A stretch of DNA of 64,000 nucleotides from Lingula anatina (Eukaryota > Animalia > Brachiopoda), in contig CM120649.1 of assembly GCA_051362555.1 (NCBI GenBank), positions 13,888,001 through 13,952,000 on the forward strand. Reading direction: 5' to 3'. Under the pieces are notes generated by a model. That model was not told the origin of the DNA and did not search any database. It saw only the letters and a list, made by a program, of their open reading frames with translations. Position numbers and translations under genes: made by a program. Positions within the stretch are counted from its first letter, which is position 1, and each line of letters starts with the position of its first letter. Of this stretch, positions 60,479-64,000 are shown one piece after another.

Positions 60479-63128
60479 CTCTTTGGTAAACAAAAGAAGT
60501 CATTTAGCATCAACAAAGCGATACCTAGCATTAACATTCATCCGCTCTGGTAGTGCTTGTTAATTTGTGGGTTTTGTGGTTAATATGGGTGATAATGCTA
60601 AATGATGTGCGGGTAGTATTAGTAAACGCTCTGGTAGTGCTTGATAATTTGTGGGTTTTGTGGTTAATATGGGTGATAATGCTAAAATATGTGCGGGTAG
60701 TATTAGTAAACGCTTAATCCCTTTATAACGCCTGTCCCGCTTGGGGTCCCGTGCAAACCCTTTAATTGTATGTCTATACCAGAACTGTCACACCCTTTTT
60801 GTCTGACCCACACTTTCTGTGGTTTATATAGTCGGCAGATCCCTTGGATGGGTATGGGCAAATAACTATTTCATTTAGATTTTGACTCTTCTTGCTATTA
60901 TTTTCAGGCTCGTAGGCTGAGATGGGACAAAGGAGGGAGTTGTGTTTAATTTACAAATATTTTTGAAAATATTGTTGGGGAGATCTTTATAAGGTGTGAC
61001 CCTTTACTTCCCTTCCAGTCTGTGAAACATTTGTTATTTTTTCTTCTGGCAGCGTGAAGATGGGAACCAAAGGCGGGGCGAATAAAATGCATGTACTGGA
61101 TGTTTAAGCCGCCGTTTTGCAAATTACATTATTCCTGGCTATATAAATTGCATCCTTTAAATATAATGTAATGTAAATCAAATTAATATCAATAATATAT
61201 TAATTTATCTTGTCGAGTTTTTAGATATTTCTAAACTGGTTGGATACAATAAATAAAAATTATCAAACACAAGCCGAAATACTTTCATACCGTTGGCTTA
61301 TGCCCCTATTTCACACAGACCACGAATCGCCATGAATTGACAAATTTCAGGATTCGTGAGGATTCGTGAGATTTTGCCAAATTTCTGGTCTAATTCGACA
61401 CGCTCTACGATTCAGTTACGATACAGGTGCGATAGTGTTACGAATATTCGTGGGATTCGGCTGGAATCGCACTAATATTGTCCAGAAATTCACTAAGAAT
61501 TTTTGGAATCGAGAATTCGTGGCCAAAATTTTGAACAGCTCAAAATTTTTTGCCACGAATTCCCGATTGATCAAGAATTGCAAGAACTGACTACGATTAT
61601 ATACGAATCTGTTAAGAACTTCACGAACTGATTACGATTCTACCACGAATCGTGAAATTTGTCAATTCATGGCCATTCGTGGGATTCGTGGTCTGTGTGA
61701 AATAGGGGCATTACAGCCTTCAGCGAAGGTCTTCATCAGACTGATGTGAGTAGATGTTGATACTCAACCACAAGGTGGTATAGTGGCCAGTACCCTCTTA
61801 TAAATGTCAGGCAGATCGCCCCCCCCTCCCCGTCCCTATTCATGGGGGGCTAGTGACGGCTGATGTTGATAGCCTCTCGTGAATTCCAGTCGATACTGTG
61901 TTTGGCTTGTGCTTGATGATTTTCATTTATGATCCAACTACCAAGCTGTTGAACATTTTTGCTCTTAGTTGCATACTAGTAGGTTCAGAAAAAGAACTCA
62001 CGTTCCAGGGCACATCATGTACCTCAAAGAAGGCGATCCTCTTGCTAATGAAGGGCAGATAGTGTCAGCAAAATCGGCCACTCCATGGATTGGAGGAGAT
62101 GCTGAAAATTACTGTATTCAGTTTTACTTGTACACGTATGGCTTCAAAAACGAAGTGAATTGCACAGTTTATGTAATAACGGTAGGTAAGCCTCCTGGCT
62201 CCATTAAAAACATTTTAGTCAGGCTCCTTGGCTAAGTACATAATTACCAAGGTTACGTGGTCACATGGGCACATCTTACCCTATCAAGAGCAGTGTAACA
62301 GCACTCTCATGGAAATCCTTGTCAAATAATCCAAGGAACTGTCTTAAGTTTTTAGCAACTTTCAATAAAGATTGTTTATTTATTTATTTCTGAATAATGT
62401 TTATTGTACCCACGAACGCAAAAAGCATCCAGTCTATATCTCTGCATCAAGGAGTTACAACAGTTGTAACTCCTTGTCTGCATTTAGTGGGGAAATCCCT
62501 TTGCGCGCGCATACAATTTCCAGTGTGCTCATTCTTCCTCTCTCGTTCTTTCGATCACATGCGCATCATCGTAATTCTAGTACGTATTAAAACATAGTTC
62601 CTTTTTTTTAAATGATTACATACCTGACAGGCGGACCATCCCCCGTATGTACTGATAGGTGTTACCGAGTTTACCCCACCTTATTCCACGTCGTATACAA
62701 ATTATTTAGTCAAACAGTGGTTCAACTGGCCCCCGGTAGACACAAATATCAGTCATTCGGAGCCTTTCCAGGTGAGCATTGCTAATTTGTGTATTATTGC
62801 TTATATTTCTAACACCCGGCCAGCGTTTGGTTAACTTACATTATTTGAATGATATTTATAAACCGTGAAATCGTAAACTCGTCTATTCACAATCAATTGA
62901 AAATTATGTACATGTATAATGTTGAAAAGAATGTGAACATAAAATTGAGAAATTGTACGATTATATTATATTATATTATATTATATTATATTATATTATA
63001 TTATATTATATTATATTTGGTCTCTAGATAAGATTATAAATCAATCGTCAGAAATAAATACTGCGACAAAATAGGCACTTTTTCTTCTTTCAATTCAATC
63101 CCGACACAGAAAGATGCATGCATTAACA

Positions 63129-63183
<55 letters not shown>

Positions 63184-63367
63184 ACGTGCACTGAAATTTA
63201 TTGCTAATGAATCCGTTGTATAGTTGTCTACTGTATAATTGAGTGATAATTATTATTTACTATTTTAAAGTTACTCTTCGAAGGTCAGATTAACGGCGAC
63301 ACTACTGACGAAAGATACATTGCGGCTATAGATGAAGTCTTGGTAACACCCGGACTCTGTGCTAATG
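59080..63367 (+). CDS. MAM-domain protein, paralogue 3 (partial; continues past the window end)
   Basis: Exons 59080-59173, 60054-60191, 62009-62181, 62631-62771, 63271-63367 (94/138/173/141/97 nt, as in paralogues 1 and 2). Frame intact through MAM1. Confidence 0.85.
59872..60070 (+). repeat. ~85-bp tandem repeat overlapping the acceptor of the first MAM exon of paralogue 3
   Basis: GTTTTCATTG.G.CTTT starts at 59884, 59968 and 60054; ATGGTATTAT.GACCTA.TAAGTAACATATTTCTATATTTTTGG occurs twice. Confidence 0.75.
60197..60364. mobile_element. MITE with CAGGGGCGGAT TIRs and 5-bp TSD (GTAAG)
   Basis: GTAAG-CAGGGGCGGATCC...AATCCGCCCCTG-GTAAG; inserted 5 nt into a paralogue 3 intron. Confidence 0.75.
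60389..60476 (+). repeat. Compound microsatellite (CA)n(TA)n(GA)n
   Basis: Read directly from the sequence. Confidence 0.9.
60543..60714 (+). repeat. Near-perfect 84-bp tandem duplication
   Basis: CGCTCTGGTAGTGCTTG.TAATTTGTGGGTTTTGTGGTTAATATGGGTGATAATGCTAAA..ATGTGCGGGTAGTATTAGTAAA occurs twice. Confidence 0.85.
61301..61710. mobile_element. PIF/Harbinger-type MITE (TTA TSD)
   Basis: TTA-TGCCCCTATTTCACACAGACCACGAATC ... GATTCGTGGTCTGTGTGAAATAGGGGCA-TTA; internal ACGAAT/ATTCGT subrepeats. Confidence 0.8.
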
Positions 63368-63508
63368 GTGAGTGAATTTTTTTTCTTTTTTTTTTTTTTT
63401 TTTTTTTTGTCAAGACCACCTGCTCAACGAACCCATCTCTGAATGGATTACATGTATGCCACCATTTCTTTTCACCAATACCGTTCAACATGCCAAGACC
63501 TTAAATGA

Positions 63509-63679
63509 CCGCATTCAGAACAGAGAACTTACTAGTCCGAGGGTCAAATATGGCGACCCACTACAAAGCTTACCGTCTTATTCGCTAATAGACACTGAAT
63601 AGATTCCCCGTCTAGAAGTATTCAAGTGGGACGGCCGTATTTGACCCTCGGACTAGTTAGTGCACTTTTCTGAATGCGT
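63509..63679. mobile_element. MITE family B copy
   Basis: CGCATTCAGAA..ACTAGTCCGAGGGTCAAATATGG / CCGTATTTGACCCTCGGACTAGT..TTCTGAATGCG. Confidence 0.65.
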
Positions 63680-64000
63680 AACTTCTCTTCTGTTGGTACG
63701 TTGTCTTCAGCACGCACTTTCAACTTCGCCTGCCTTTTACGTATTAGTCCAGGAAATTGGTGAAAAATTGTGCATTTTTTACCTACAAGCATGAAATTTG
63801 GCACACTTATGGACAATAAAATTCTAAGCAAATTTGGATATATGGGCATGTCTGAAAATTCCAAAATGGCCGTCAAATCCAATATGGCCACCAAAATACC
63901 TTTTCAAATTAAAACCCCAAGTACATAGTCTTCTAATGACTTAAAATATCATATAAAGGTTAGAAAACACCATGGTATGAATCCTTCAGGTGTATTAAAT

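Overview
AT-rich, intron-containing metazoan genomic DNA, probably a marine invertebrate (inference). It is not prokaryotic: I found no CRISPR arrays, rRNA or tRNA genes. Gene models were rebuilt by hand from splice sites and reading-frame phase. In order: (1) an intronless orphan class A GPCR lacking the DRY arginine (2009-3028 +); (2) a 4-exon secreted protein of about 223 aa, with a Cys-rich/EGF-like exon, a 15-nt microexon and a C-terminal domain resembling bacterial PPC-type beta-sandwich domains (5784-8491 -), a candidate domesticated horizontal transfer; (3) heparan sulfate 6-O-sulfotransferase (16767-19029 +); (4) IFT81 (14 coding exons, 22762-29624 -), head-to-head with (5) SPCS2 (30369-35004 +), which contains a U12 minor-spliceosome intron; (6) a tandem array of at least three diverged paralogues encoding signal peptide + two MAM domains + Thr-rich stalk + probable GPI signal (37501-44758, 48063-54773, and 59080 to past the window end). 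Introns and intergenic DNA carry several MITE families, a LINE 3' remnant, possible Penelope/hammerhead remnants, microsatellites and a ~48-50 bp hairpin satellite. All family assignments are from motif recognition, not database searches.
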